DNA of 64,000 bases from contig CM060733.1 of the NCBI GenBank assembly GCA_030704615.1, positions 62,062,001-62,126,000 on the forward strand. Reading direction: 5' to 3'. Every line of letters starts with the position of its first letter. Position 1 is the stretch's first letter. The notes under the pieces are model-generated. The model saw only the letters and a program-made list of their open reading frames with translations. It had not been told where the DNA came from and ran no database searches. The position numbers and the translations under genes are program-made. This stretch comes from Takakia lepidozioides. Taxonomy: Eukaryota; Plantae; Bryophyta. Shown here in pieces: positions 24,501 to 36,498 of this stretch.

Positions 24501-27500
24501 ATCTCCGGCTTGCCTGGCTTGTTGTAATGGTTTTTCATCTCTTGAAGGAACTTTGGTCCGAAGGTTGGGTCTGCAATTCTCAGTTGTTTCACAAAAGCAC
24601 TCATAATAGTCCTTCTTGTGGCGGTCGTCTCCTTCTGGATGTGACTCTCAACGCCCTTTGTTGTCCTTCTCTCCTCAGGGGTAGAGCTGTAGTATTTCAG
24701 TTTGCCACGCTCTCCTGCATCTGCAATGTCTTGCTACAAGGGAATGCACGAGAGTTGCATCAACCCAAGGGCAAGGGAAACAAACAGAAACAAACATGTG
24801 GAAGCAGGAATATCGAAAGGCCAGATGATGGAAGATGTATCTCACCGCGTACATATACTCCATGAAAGCCTCACAGGTCAACGAGTACCACATTTCTGAT
24901 GTCTTGGAGCTTTCGCACTTCTTGTACGTCTCTGCTGAAAGGATGGTCTTGAAGTTGGTCAAGGGCATCTGCCCGATCCTTTGTATCATGTACAGTGTGT
25001 GAACCAGACTTGTTTTGACATGCGATGTCTCCGTCCCTCTGCAGAATGATGTGTGAAAGTCATAATGTAATTCAAGGACCGTCAACAGAGGACTGGAACC
25101 AAAGAACCACGGAACCACAAATGGAACATGTAGAATGAGAAACCAACCTGTTCACATCATTCATTGCCGTTAGAAGACCCATCATGTTCCCGTCACAATC
25201 CAGCACCATCGATCGAACAGAGTAATGTCACTCTTCCTCCTGTGAGTGCAGCCTCCCAATGACAACCATCCATGCAAGCAACCGGTGGTTGCCATCCCAA
25301 ACGTGAAACATCTTCCCTGAGAATGCCTGGGTGGAAGGTTTCCTGGGAGAAGAAGTTCGAAGGATTCGTTCACCTGTCTCCAAATGGGATCCCAGGAGTC
25401 CACGATTGACTCATCCACAAGGAGCTCATTGCCTCTGGAATCCATTGTAGAAACGTAAAAGACTGCGGATCCATCCAAATACCCATGAACAACTCGGCCT
25501 CTAGCTTCAGGATATCCTTGATGAGGGGTGGACGAACGACGGGCATGGAAACCAACCTACACAGGGGAATCTTCAACCTCCCACCCGGGGCAAGCATACT
25601 TTGCACCACAAGCTGAGAGTTTACCTTCTGACCCCCCAACATCTCAGCAGCTTTGCTTTCATAGAACTCATCGTCCACATCAACAATGATCTCCTTCCCC
25701 TGCCCCGAAGGGATCTCATCCGCCACACTTTGCATCTTCTCCTGCAGAGTTGTTCATTCAAATTGATATAAGAGAGAGGCATGAAACCATGGTGTTTTGA
25801 GCATGGCAGACAGGCCCTATGTGGCCCAATTTCTCATCGGAAAACAAGCAGTGTGGGGGCCGAAAATACTGTGCGTTGCCGCACAATATTTCAGCTTCCA
25901 AATAGTGGTGTTTTGAACATGATATTTGGCCCTATGTGGCACATTTCCACCAAACAAACAAGCAGAGAGGGGGCCAAAAAGGGGGCACAAACAGTGTGCG
26001 TTGCCAACTATGGGTGTTTTGAGCATGCATACTGGCCCTGTTTGGCCCAATTTCACATAGAAAAACAAGCAGAGAGGGGGCTCAAACAGTGTGCGTTGCC
26101 GCACATTGTTTGAGCTTCCAATAAGGGTTCGTTTCAACCTGCCAGAGTGGCCCTAGGTGCCCGATTTTCACAACAAAAAACAAGCAGACAAGGGAGCTCA
26201 AACAGTGTGCGTTGCCGCACACTGTTTGAGCTTGCAATAAGGGGTGATTTTAACGTGGCATAGTGGCCATGAGTGGCTGATTTTGAAATAAAAGAAAAAT
26301 CAGTGAAGGGGGCTCAAACAGTGTGCGTTGCCGCACACTCTTTGAGCTTCCATTTTGGGGTGGATTCAACCTGCCAGACTGGCCCTAGGTGCACAATTTT
26401 CATGTCAAAAAACAAGCAAATCAGGGGGCTCAAATAGTGTGCGTTGACGCACACTAATTGGGCTGACAGGTAAGTGTGAATAGAACCTGACAGAGATGAC
26501 CTTTGTGGTCGATTCTAAAATGAAAAAATAATGTCAGGTGTGGGATCAAACAGTGTGCAATGCCACACACTGTTTGAGCTTCCAAAAAGGGGTGGAATTA
26601 ACCTTATAGAGAGGCGACTGTCTGCACGATTTTCACATTCAAGAAACAATTACAAGGGGGGGCTCAAATAGTGTGCGTTGACACACATTGTTTGAGCTGC
26701 CAGGTTAGTGTGGATTGAACCTCACAGAGTTACCCTGTCTGGACAAATTTATTATGAAAAAAACAATGAGAAGGGGGGCTCAAACAATGTGCGTTGGCGC
26801 ACACTATTTGAGCTATCAGGAAATTGTTCATTGAACCTCACAGAGATACCATGTCTGGACGATTTTATTATTCCAAAAAGAATGGGAAGGGGGGCTCAAA
26901 CAGTGTGCGTTGGCACACACTGTTTGAGCTTCGAATTAGGGGTGGATTGAACCAGACAGAGAGGCCCCAGTGTCCACCCTTTCCACACCAAAAAAACAAG
27001 GCACAAGGGGGGCTCAAACAGTGTGCGTTGACGCACACTGTTTGAGCTTCCAATTCGGGGTGGATTGAACCTGCCCTATGTGGCCGTTTTGAACATGAAA
27101 AACAAGCAAAATGGGGGGCTCAAACAGTATGCGGTGTCGCACACTATTTGAGCTTCCTATTCGGGGTGGATTGAACCTGCCTGAGTGGCCCTATGTGGCC
27201 GATTTTCACATGAAAAAAACAATGACAAGGTGGGCTCAAACAGTGTGCGTTGACGCACACTGTTTGAGCTGCTAGGTAAGTGTGCATTGAACCTGCAAGA
27301 CTGGCCATATGTGGCCAATTTTCACATGAAAAAAACAATGACAAGGTGGGCTCAAACAGTGTGCGTTGACACACCATTTTTGAGCTGCCACGTAAGTGTG
27401 CATTGAACCTACAAGACTGGCCCTATGTGGCTGATTTTCAAATGAAAAAAAAAAAAATGACAAGGTGGGCTCTAACAGTGTGCGTTGACGCACACTGCTG

Positions 27501-30105
27501 GAGCTGCCAGGAAATTGGTGATTGAACCTCATAGAGATACCCTGTCTGGACGATTTTATTATGAAAAAAGCAGTGAGAAGGGGGGCTCGAACAGTGTGCG
27601 TTGGTGCACACTGTTTGAGCTTCGAATTAGGGGTGGATTGAACCAGATAGAGAGGCCCCTGTGTGCACCATTTCCACAACAAAAAACAAGGCACAAGGGG
27701 GATCAAACAGTGTGCGTTGACGCACACTCTTTGAGCTTCCAATTCGAGCTGGATTGAACCTGCCATAGTGGCCCTATGTGGCCGTTTTGAACATCAAAAA
27801 ACAAGCAAAATGGGGGGCTCAAACAGTGTGCGGTGCCGCACACTGTTTGAGCTTCAAATTCGCGGTGGATTGAACCTGCCATAGTTTATGGTTGTGGCCA
27901 TTTTGAACATGAAAAAACAAGCAAAATGGGGGGGCTCAAACAGTGTGCGGTGCCGCACACTGTTTGAGCTGCCAGGTTAGTGTGCATTGAACCTACGTGG
28001 GCGATTTTCACATGAAAAAAACAATGACAAGGTAGGCTCCAACAGTCAGCGTTGACACACACTGCTGGAGCTGCCAGGAAATTGTTGATTGAACCTCATA
28101 GAGATACCCTGTCTGGACAATTTTATTATGAAAAGAGCAGTGAGAAGGGGGGCTCGAACAGTGTGCGTTGGCGCACACTGTTTGAGCTTCGAATTAGGGG
28201 TGGATTGAACCAGATAGAGAGGCCCCTGTGTGCACCATTTCCACAGCAAAAAACAAGGCACAAGGGGGGCTCAAACAGTGTGCGTTGACGCATACTGTTT
28301 GAGCTTCCAATTCGAGGTGGATTGAACTTGCCATAGTGGCCCTATATGGCCGTTTTGAACATCAAAAAACAAGCAAAATGTGGGGCTCAAACAGTGTGCG
28401 GTGCCGCACACTGTTTGAGCTTCAAATTCGCGGTGGATTGAACCTGCCATAGTTTAGGGTTGTGGCCGTTTTGAACATGAAAAATCAAGCAAAATGGGGG
28501 GCTCAAACAGTTTGCGGTGCCACACACTGTTTGAGCTGCCAGGTTAGTGTGCATTGAACCTACATGGCCGATTTTCACATGAAAAAAACAATGACATGGT
28601 AGGCTCCAACAGTCAGCGTTGACATACACTGCTGGAGCTGCCAAAAAATTGTTGATTGAACCTCATAGAGATACCGTGTCTGGACGATTTTATTATGAAA
28701 AAAGCAGTGAGAAGGGGGGCTCGAACAGTGTGCGTTGGCGCACACTGTTTGAGCTTCTAATTCGAGGTGGATTGAACATGCCATAGTGGCCCTATGTGGC
28801 CGTTTTGAACATCAAAAAACAAGCAAAATGGGGGGCTCAAACAGTGTGCGGTGCCGCACACTGTTTGAGTTCCCAATTTGGGGTGGATTGAACCTGCCAT
28901 AGTGGCCCTATGTGGCTGTTTTGAACATGAAAAAACAATCAAAATGGGGGGCTCAAACAGTGTGCGATGCCGCACACTGTTTGAGCTTCCAATTCGGGGT
29001 GGATTGAACCTGCCATAGTGGCCCTATGTGGCCGTTTTGAACATGAAAAAACAAGCAAAATGGGGGGCTTATTGAACCAGATAGAGAGGCCCCTGTGTGC
29101 ACCATTTTCACACCAAAAAAACAAGGCACAAGGGGGGCTCAAACAGTGTGCGTTGACGCACACTGTTTGAGCTTCCAATTCGGGGTGGATTGAACCTGCC
29201 TGAGTGGCCCTATGTGGCCGATTTTCACATGGAAAAAACAATGACAAGGTGGGCTCAAAGAGTGTGCGTTGACGCACACTGTTTGAGCTGCCAGGTAAGT
29301 GTGCATTGAACCTGGCAGACTAGCCCTATGTGGCCGATTTTCACATGAAAAAACAATGACAAGGTGGGCTCAAACAGTGTGTGTTGACGCACACTGTTTG
29401 AGCTACCAGGTAAGTGTGCATTGAACCTGCAAGACTGGCCGTACCTCGCCGATTTTCACATGAAAAAAACAATGACAAGGTGGGCTCAAACAGTGTGCGT
29501 TGACGCACACTGCTGGAGCTGCCAGTAAATTGTTGATTGAACCTCATAGAGATACCCTGTCTGGACGATTTTATTATGAAAAAAGCAGTGAGAAGGGGGC
29601 CTCGATCAGTGTGCGTTGGCGCACAACTGGGGTTCACATGACCAATGAAGCACAAAGGTTGGTCTCAATCATTGTACATTTTTTTTGGCTGCTCCAGAAG
29701 ACTCCCCAATTGTCGGAGACCCTTTGTGCTTCGGACTGCTCTCTACGCCGAGCATGTTCTGGAGCATCTCCCCCATCCTCTTTTCCACTATCTGGTTCTT
29801 CCTGAGGCCAGCATCAATATCATCTTCGGCGTCCGTCTCTCCCTTGGATTCAGTCTCCTCCTCACCTGTTCTTGGAAGTATGACGGGCTGCTGTTCTTCC
29901 CCAGATTCCTGCTCTTCCATCGCCAAACTTTCCTCTTTGCCCTCTTCTTCCTCGTTTTCCTCTTCGTCTACTCTTTCCATCATCCTTCTATATCTGGCTC
30001 TATTCCTGTTCCTAGTGCTCGTGAAGTATAACGACTTCCTTCTCTTCCTCCTCCGGTGGAAACAAGGGCTCCCCACGCTGCCTCTGGAGCTCTTCTGTTT
30101 GACGT
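21576..30105 (-). pseudogene. Element 1 accessory gene: ParB/Srx-like domain fused to a beta-class N4/N6 DNA methyltransferase-like domain, ~10 exons, disrupted
   Basis: MFHVWDGNHRLLAW (~25270-25310); ELIILDIPDG (~22940); FLSDAGVLVL; VPWRGARERSPAFIQTIVECC..KVLDLSMGTG|GASYHTCKASARHLFGIEGD. Exon-by-exon homology with 54215-60007. Confidence 0.75.
25800..29625. repeat. Tandem array of ~33 units of ~116 bp, each centred on the 36-bp palindrome GCTCAAACAGTGTGCGT-TG-ACGCACACTGTTTGAGC; includes a ~567-bp higher-order repeat
   Basis: Palindrome centres at ~26090, 26205, 26321, 26437 ... 29493, 29609. Segment 27480-28045 recurs at 28045-28610. Confidence 0.95.
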
Positions 30106-30932
30106 CTGCAACAAGCGTTGCTATGGCATGTAACCAAAGTAAAAATTGGACATTGTTAACCGTATTTGGATGCGGGTGTCATCATTGTGTGCGAACGGAA
30201 TTCATCCATTTCGGCGTCTTTGTATTATCCAAGAAATAAAGTGGTGGAATAAAAGTAGATCCGTTGCATGTACTTGTGATATATGTCAGATGTACTTCGC
30301 CGCCTGCCAATACATGGCAGCCTTCTTGCATTCTTTGAAATTCGGAAGTGCCGTGGAAATCTAATGCTAGTTCAATTTCGAGCAGTACTTGCAGATTTGC
30401 AATAATTGTTATGCTTCACATATGCGTCCACGTGTGTTGTACTGCCTACCCTACAGTTTGCATTTCGCCGTCACCGTTGCAATGGGGTCATTCGGTATAA
30501 AGGGTTGTGTCGGCAATGGTCATGTGTTGCACACACTCATGCGCGGTGTCTCCCGGAGTGTCAATGTTTGTGTTGTGCTCTTCTGGCACAGCACAACCTC
30601 ATTAGATTCGGGGTCTTCCTCTTTACTGCTCTCCAGGGTTGTTGCCGTCTTTCCATAATGGATGATTTTATGTCATGTTCAGGGTTTGTTTTTCATCCAA
30701 ATACAACACGGCTTCTTGTGGCTTCTTGTCTTATAAAACAGTTTTTCTGGTTGGTGTCTCTCAGTGTGGCTGTCTACGAAGTTCGGTGCATGTCATTCCT
30801 ACATCCTTTGCATGCATTGCCTGCAGTCTTTGGGTCAGTGCTACCCTTTTTTACCTCAGTTTGTTTGGGGTGGATCCCCTTTCGAGAATTACGGGCTATC
30901 AGTTTGGGGATTCCTCTGTGAATCGCAACTTT

Positions 30933-33900
30933 ATGTCAGTGTACGAAAACATGTCCAGGGAGCGAGAGAGACTCGCTCGATTTCATTCCAATGCAGGTAG
31001 TCTTCCACTGACTGCCACTGTAGATGACAATGGGTTTGCAGTTGTTCATGAGGATGAGCTGGTTACAATGTTCCCTCTGGAATTGGGTTCTCTGCTTGTT
31101 CAAAAAGAGGTGTATGACGAGGATGAGAATTTGGATTCTGGGCACTTGGAGAAACCATTGGTTGGCGAGTGTGGAAGGAAGTGGAGAGTCCTTCCAGGCA
31201 CATACCGGGTCCTTGGAAAAGACAAAAGACAATCAGCAGAATCAGTAGTTACCCCTGGCACTGTAGCATCAGTCGTGCAGCAGAAGGGCACAGTTCATGT
31301 GAAACAAGAGGTGAGCACATCCACTACATTCGTGACTCTTTCAGACTCGTCCTCGGAGGATGTTTCTGAGATTCCTCCGCCAATGCAGACTCCATTCTTG
31401 GATGATAACAAGTTGTAGGAGATAATGAGTGTCATTCCGAAATTGAAAGCCGTCGCAGGGGTGCTTGGGTGTAAGAGCGAGCTGCGTTTTGTTGATTGGA
31501 AGTCCCTTCGTGTGCAGCGGGTTCAATACGTGCCAGCAGAGTTTGATGGGGACATCTTGTTTGAGCTCAACCCTCCCACGTCTTCCAGTGGACTAGCTGG
31601 GCTTCTGCAGGGCATGGACAAGAAACATGATGGACACCCTTGGTGCAGGACAAAAACGTCGAACATCCATTTCGAAGGTCGGTCTGCGTTGGGCATTGTA
31701 AGTGTGTGAATATTTAATGCCCTCGTCTGAGGAACAGCGCTAAACCAAACGAAAGTGAGTGGGAAGATGTGCCCCTGAATCCTTTCACCCCAGGGCTTGC
31801 CCCTCCCAAGACCAATACTTTTGTGTGCAGGTTCTGCAAACTTTCCTCGTCCCGTGTTTCTGTGTGCCACGCTCGTATGTACCAGGTGGCACACCGATGC
31901 AAGACAATGACTCGTGCATGCATTCATATGGGTACACACGAGCATCCTGTGTCCAAAGGAAGTTGCAGGGATAGCGTGGACATCGCTAGAAATCTGCTGA
32001 AGCAGGAGTTCCACAATGCCTCTTGTGCAACACCTTCTGCTATAGCGCTTGCAGCTAGCAAGGCATTCCTGGAAAAACACATACTGGGTGAAGGGGATGC
32101 GACACAACCAATGCTGGATGCAGATTCGCTTGAGGCAGTGATGGCCATTTCTCCGTGTTGAGCTCTCCCAATATTCGAAACCAGGTGAATGCACTCAGAA
32201 TGGGCACATACACTATTGGATTCATGGACAACATTATGGACCTCCAATGGAGGAGTTGCTATTAATTCATTCAAAACAGTATCTTCCCTGGCCAGGGCTC
32301 GTCCAAGGTGTATTTGTTCAAGATGTCCACAGTGGGCGAAGGCAGTGGTGTGAACATTGTCCGCCAAATGCAACCTGGAGGAGATTTGACAAAATATTGG
32401 TTAATGTTTGATCACTGCAAACGGGTGAAGGGTTGGACAACCATGGCGTGCCATGTGTACGATCCAGCATACCAACGTGTGCTCTCCATAGCAATTTGTG
32501 ATATGCAGTCGGAGGACACTGAATCCCAGATGCTCATGTGGAATTCGCTCCTTGCCGTCATGCAGCGCAATGGAATACAGAACACAAATTTTGCGGGCTT
32601 CATGGCTGATAGTGCACAGGCAAATTTCAATGCAGTGCGGCGCGTGTTTGGTTCGGGGGATCCTAAGGTCCCAATGGAAAATAGGGAGCGCACATGCCTC
32701 TTCCATTGGAGTCAATCTCTGGCACGTCATACAAAACGTTGCATTCGCCCTGACCTTCAGTTGGAGCACAGAAGGCTCTGCCTCAAGTACAAAAATGCCA
32801 CCTCAATGGGAGAAGCCGAGAGCACTTACCAAGAAATCCGGGCTTGGTGGTTTTCCTCTGGTGCTGCTACTGGTATCCACCTGAAGGAGTTGGAGGACTG
32901 GTTGGTTTTCTGGCACTTCAAGTACAGACAGTGGGGAGCTTTCATGACGACGGTAAGCCTCTTCAATCCCAGAAACACAAATTTCACTTTGCATCATGCC
33001 TGTTCATTTGGGGTTGTTGGATTGTCACTTGCAGAACCTCTTCCATTTCCTTTCGTTCCTCACATTTCCATGCAATGCCTCCTGCAGGACATGTCCTTGG
33101 AGGACTTGGCCGACATGCCATCCTGTAATTTGGCGGAGACTGTTCACAACGCCTGGATGCAGTAGTCTACCAAAGCAGGACGTGACTTGTATGTGGCCAC
33201 TGCTGATGACATGGTACGGGCACTTACACAACAAACCAGGTACCGCAATTTTCTGATGGGACGGGGCGGCGGCAAGGGCCCTGATATAACTTTGTTGATG
33301 CTAAGGGCTGCGAGTAGGTCCGGAGACCCATCAAAGATGGCCAGAGCTCTGAACAGGTGCACTGAAGGCTCCCCTTTGCAATCCAGGCTCCCCCATTTGG
33401 AAGGCGAGGAAAGATTTGGATCATGCAAAAGGAAATTGAACACTCCTCCAGGGTTGGATGGAGATTCCCATCGGCCGGACAGGGTCAATTTCTCTGTACC
33501 AAGGGTGTCTCCAGTGTAGACTAAGTCGTGTGCCCGCCCCTTCCCAGGTGGGTCCTCCTCCAGTGGAGCAGGTGCAGATCATGCAAGCACAACAGCAAGA
33601 ATCCCATTGGAGGAGGTGGTGGCCATGGTGCATGAATCTGATTGCATTGATAGTGAGTGGCATATAGAACGCACCCCACCAGGATCTAGAGTGGCTTGCA
33701 TGGCAATTCGGACCCCCTCTTTCAAGAAATGCAAATCAAAAATATGCAAAGGCTCCAGGGGGACTCCAGCTCCAACATTCACAGGGTTGTTCCGACCTTA
33801 TCATAGTGGGGAGTCAAAGGACCACAAGTTCTGGTTCTGCCCAGACGATATGGCACGATGCGTCAAGGGAACAGTTTGTCCTTCGGTGATAATGAAGCCC

Positions 33901-34500
33901 CCTCCCCCCGCAATTTGGCCTGTCAAACTTGGGACGTCGCTGTCATCAACCGAGATAAGCATGCTGGAGGAGGGAGGGTTTTGTCTTGCACGGTCCCGGA
34001 TGGTGCCTTCATGCACTGTCGGCACAGATGTGCCACATGCTCCGGCAATGCCTCCACCCGGTGCCAACTCCTACCCAACAAAAAGAGATGGAAAAACAGT
34101 GCGCGGTGTCGCTTCGGGTGCAGATCACGAATGCAAGATGGAATCGGCTAGAATTTTGCAGGTTCAGGTGACTCGTATCACCGAAGTCCCTGCCCCGGGA
34201 TATGGACGGATTTACACAGTGCTGTCTATTGGCTCAGTTCTTCATGGCAAAGAATATCAGGTTACCGTGGGGAATTTCCCTACGTGCACTTGTCCGGATT
34301 TCGTAACGATGCGTGAGGGCGCTCTCGGCATGAGAGGGAAGTGGGTCCCCTGCAAGCATCAATATTACATACGTTGTAATTATGTGCTGCGACGGTAAGA
34401 GAGACCAATTCATTCACCAAGCCACACTAGGCTATGGAGAAGTAATCACCCTTCTGCAGCGGGACACCTCATGTAGGGCTCCGCCAAATTCTCTTTGAAC
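30933..34500 (+). pseudogene. Element 1 transposase (Mutator superfamily): GCM/WRKY-like Zn domain, DDE core, C4 Zn finger, SWIM; disrupted
   Basis: DGHPWCRTKTSN...C..C...HMGTHEHP; LMFDH, FMADS, CLFHW, CNLAETVHNAW; TCTCPDF...PCKH. Premature stops at 31416 and 33163. Confidence 0.88.
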
Positions 34501-36498
34501 ACATACGAGCCATGCTCGCTTTCCATGCTGGTTTCCAGGTTACCGTGTAAAGACTTTGCATTTAGGACAAACACATACATTTCGTTCGTGGAACCAGGGC
34601 AAATGCACATGCCATTCATTGTAAGCGTCTATCTGTGAATTGAAATAAAGTGTGTCAATCATTCTGAGCTCAAATCTGCTATATTTTCATATTCCTCTTT
34701 TTGTGCAGGCATTGCAGACATGGTGCATGGTGGCCCCCTTTGTTTTGTCCACGGTAATAGGCCCTCTTCCTGCAATCCTCGCCTATAGGACCTGCTTCTC
34801 CAGCAAATTTGTGCCGCTCACACTTCCCTGAAGCGTGAGCTCAGCTCACGCTTTGCAGCTACAACGTGAGCTCAGCTCCCAGGCTCACGGGGCTGGGCTC
34901 ACGCCGTAGCTACGCTGAAGCCCGACCACATCACGTTTCTGTGCATTTGCAATGCGTGTGCAAGCCTGGCAGCTCTGGAAAAGGGTGAAGATGTGCATGG
35001 CGACATTGTCAGAGCTGCAATTGTACCAAATGTCATTCTGAACAATACCCTCGTGGACATGTATGAAGGGAGTGTTCGACAGTATGGCTGAACAAGATGT
35101 GGTGTCGTGGAGTGCGATGATTGCAGGATATGCACAGCAACGGCACGGGATGGAGGCTCTGGAACACGATGCTTGCAGGGTATGCACAGCAGGAGCGCGA
35201 TATGGAGGCTTTGGAGACCTATGAGCAAAAGATGTGCGAAGGGGTGAAGCCTGACCACATCACATTTGTTTGTGGTTGCAATGCGTGTGCAAGCCTGGGA
35301 GCTCTGGAAAATGGGAAAGACGTCCATGGTGACATCGTCAAAGCTGGAATTGCACCAGATTCATCTTGAACACTGCCCTGGTGGACATATGCCAAATGTG
35401 GGTGGATCGAGGATGCAAAGGGAGTTTTCAACACTGTGGCTGAACGAGATGTGGTGTCGTGGAACACGATGCTTGCAAGGTATGCACAGCAGGGGCACGG
35501 GATGGAGGCTTTGGAGACCTCTGAACAAATGATGGGGGAAGTGGTGAAGCCCGACCACATCACGTTTGTGTGCGTTTGCAGTGCGTATGCAAGCCTGGCA
35601 GCCCTGGAAAAGGACATGGTTGCATCGCCAAAGCTGGAATTGTACTAGATGTGGTTTTGAACAATACCCTCGTGGATATGTATGCCAGATGTGGAATGCG
35701 ATGATCGCAGGATATGCCCAGCATGTTGTCATAGGGAGGTCCTGCAACTATTTGAAGGAATGCAAAAGAACGGCTTGAAGCTGGACAACCTTTATATGTG
35801 TTCTCTCTGCATGCAGCCACACTGGCCTACTGAATGAAGGAAGACACTACTTCGATTCCCTTAGTCAAGATCATGGTATCACTCCGACAGTAAAGCACTT
35901 TAGCTGCATGGTGGACCTTCTTGGACGTGCGGGACAACAGGATAAGGCAGTGGACCCGATTAATAAAATGCCAATCAATCCAGATGTTGTGGTGTGGAAG
36001 GCCTTGCTTGGTGCCTGCAGAATCCATGGCAATGTGGAGATGGCTAAACGTGTGGCAACATCTATCCTCAAGTAGGATGAACAGGATGTCGCGACTTATG
36101 TGTTGCTATCAAACATCTATGTTGCAGCTGGCAGGTGGGATGATACTACACAAGTGAGAAGAATGATGAAGGTGAGAGGGGTAAAAAAGGAACCAGGTCG
36201 CTGCTGCATTGAGGTTGGCAACAGGGTGCACACCTTCATTGTAGATGACAAGTTGCATCCCAGAATTAAGGAAATCCATGCTGAGCTGAGAAGATTGTCT
36301 GGGCAGATGAAGGAGGTGGGGTATGTGCCTGACACGCGCTTTGTATTGCATGATGTGGGGAGGAGGAAAATGAATTTTCTCTTTGTGCACATGCAATCAT
36401 ACTACAGAACTTTTATTTCATCGAGAGAATGATAGTGTAGCATTTCCTGCATTTTGGACTCTATTTTACAACAGATATATGGTCTGCAACTTTACGGA

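Larger units (their letters stand above)
20858..34915. mobile_element. Element 1: 14,058-bp Mutator-like DNA transposon with short degenerate TIRs and a 12-bp TSD TGAAGCCCGACC (20846-20857 / 34916-34927)
   Basis: The empty site is visible in the duplicate copy (53221 aaggggtgaagcccgaccacatc). Both ends carry inverted GTGAGCC repeats and CTATTACCGYGG (20974 and reverse complement at ~34749). Encodes a MULE-type transposase. Confidence 0.93.
20410..36390 (+). pseudogene. PLS-class PPR gene (E/E+, DYW truncated), copy A, split by element 1 and carrying stops and frameshifts
   Basis: PPR motifs LNTLVYMYVKC and TWNAMLAGYAQQG..GVKPD, resuming HITF at 34928. E domain WKALLGACRIHG; E+ KKEPGRCCIEV...GYVPDTRFVLHDV, then breaks off. 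Confidence 0.88.

Noticed and set aside
25800-29625. CRISPR array (palindromic repeats at regular spacing)
   Set aside because: The intervening sequences are homologous to each other (shared GATTGAACC, GGCCCT, CATGAAAAAA) and recur in higher-order blocks. They are ~80 bp long, no cas genes are present and the context is eukaryotic.
25781-29655. Short Cys/His-rich ORFs within the array (QTVCVNAHCLS...)
   Set aside because: They appear on both strands as a by-product of the palindrome, with frequent stops and no consistent frame.
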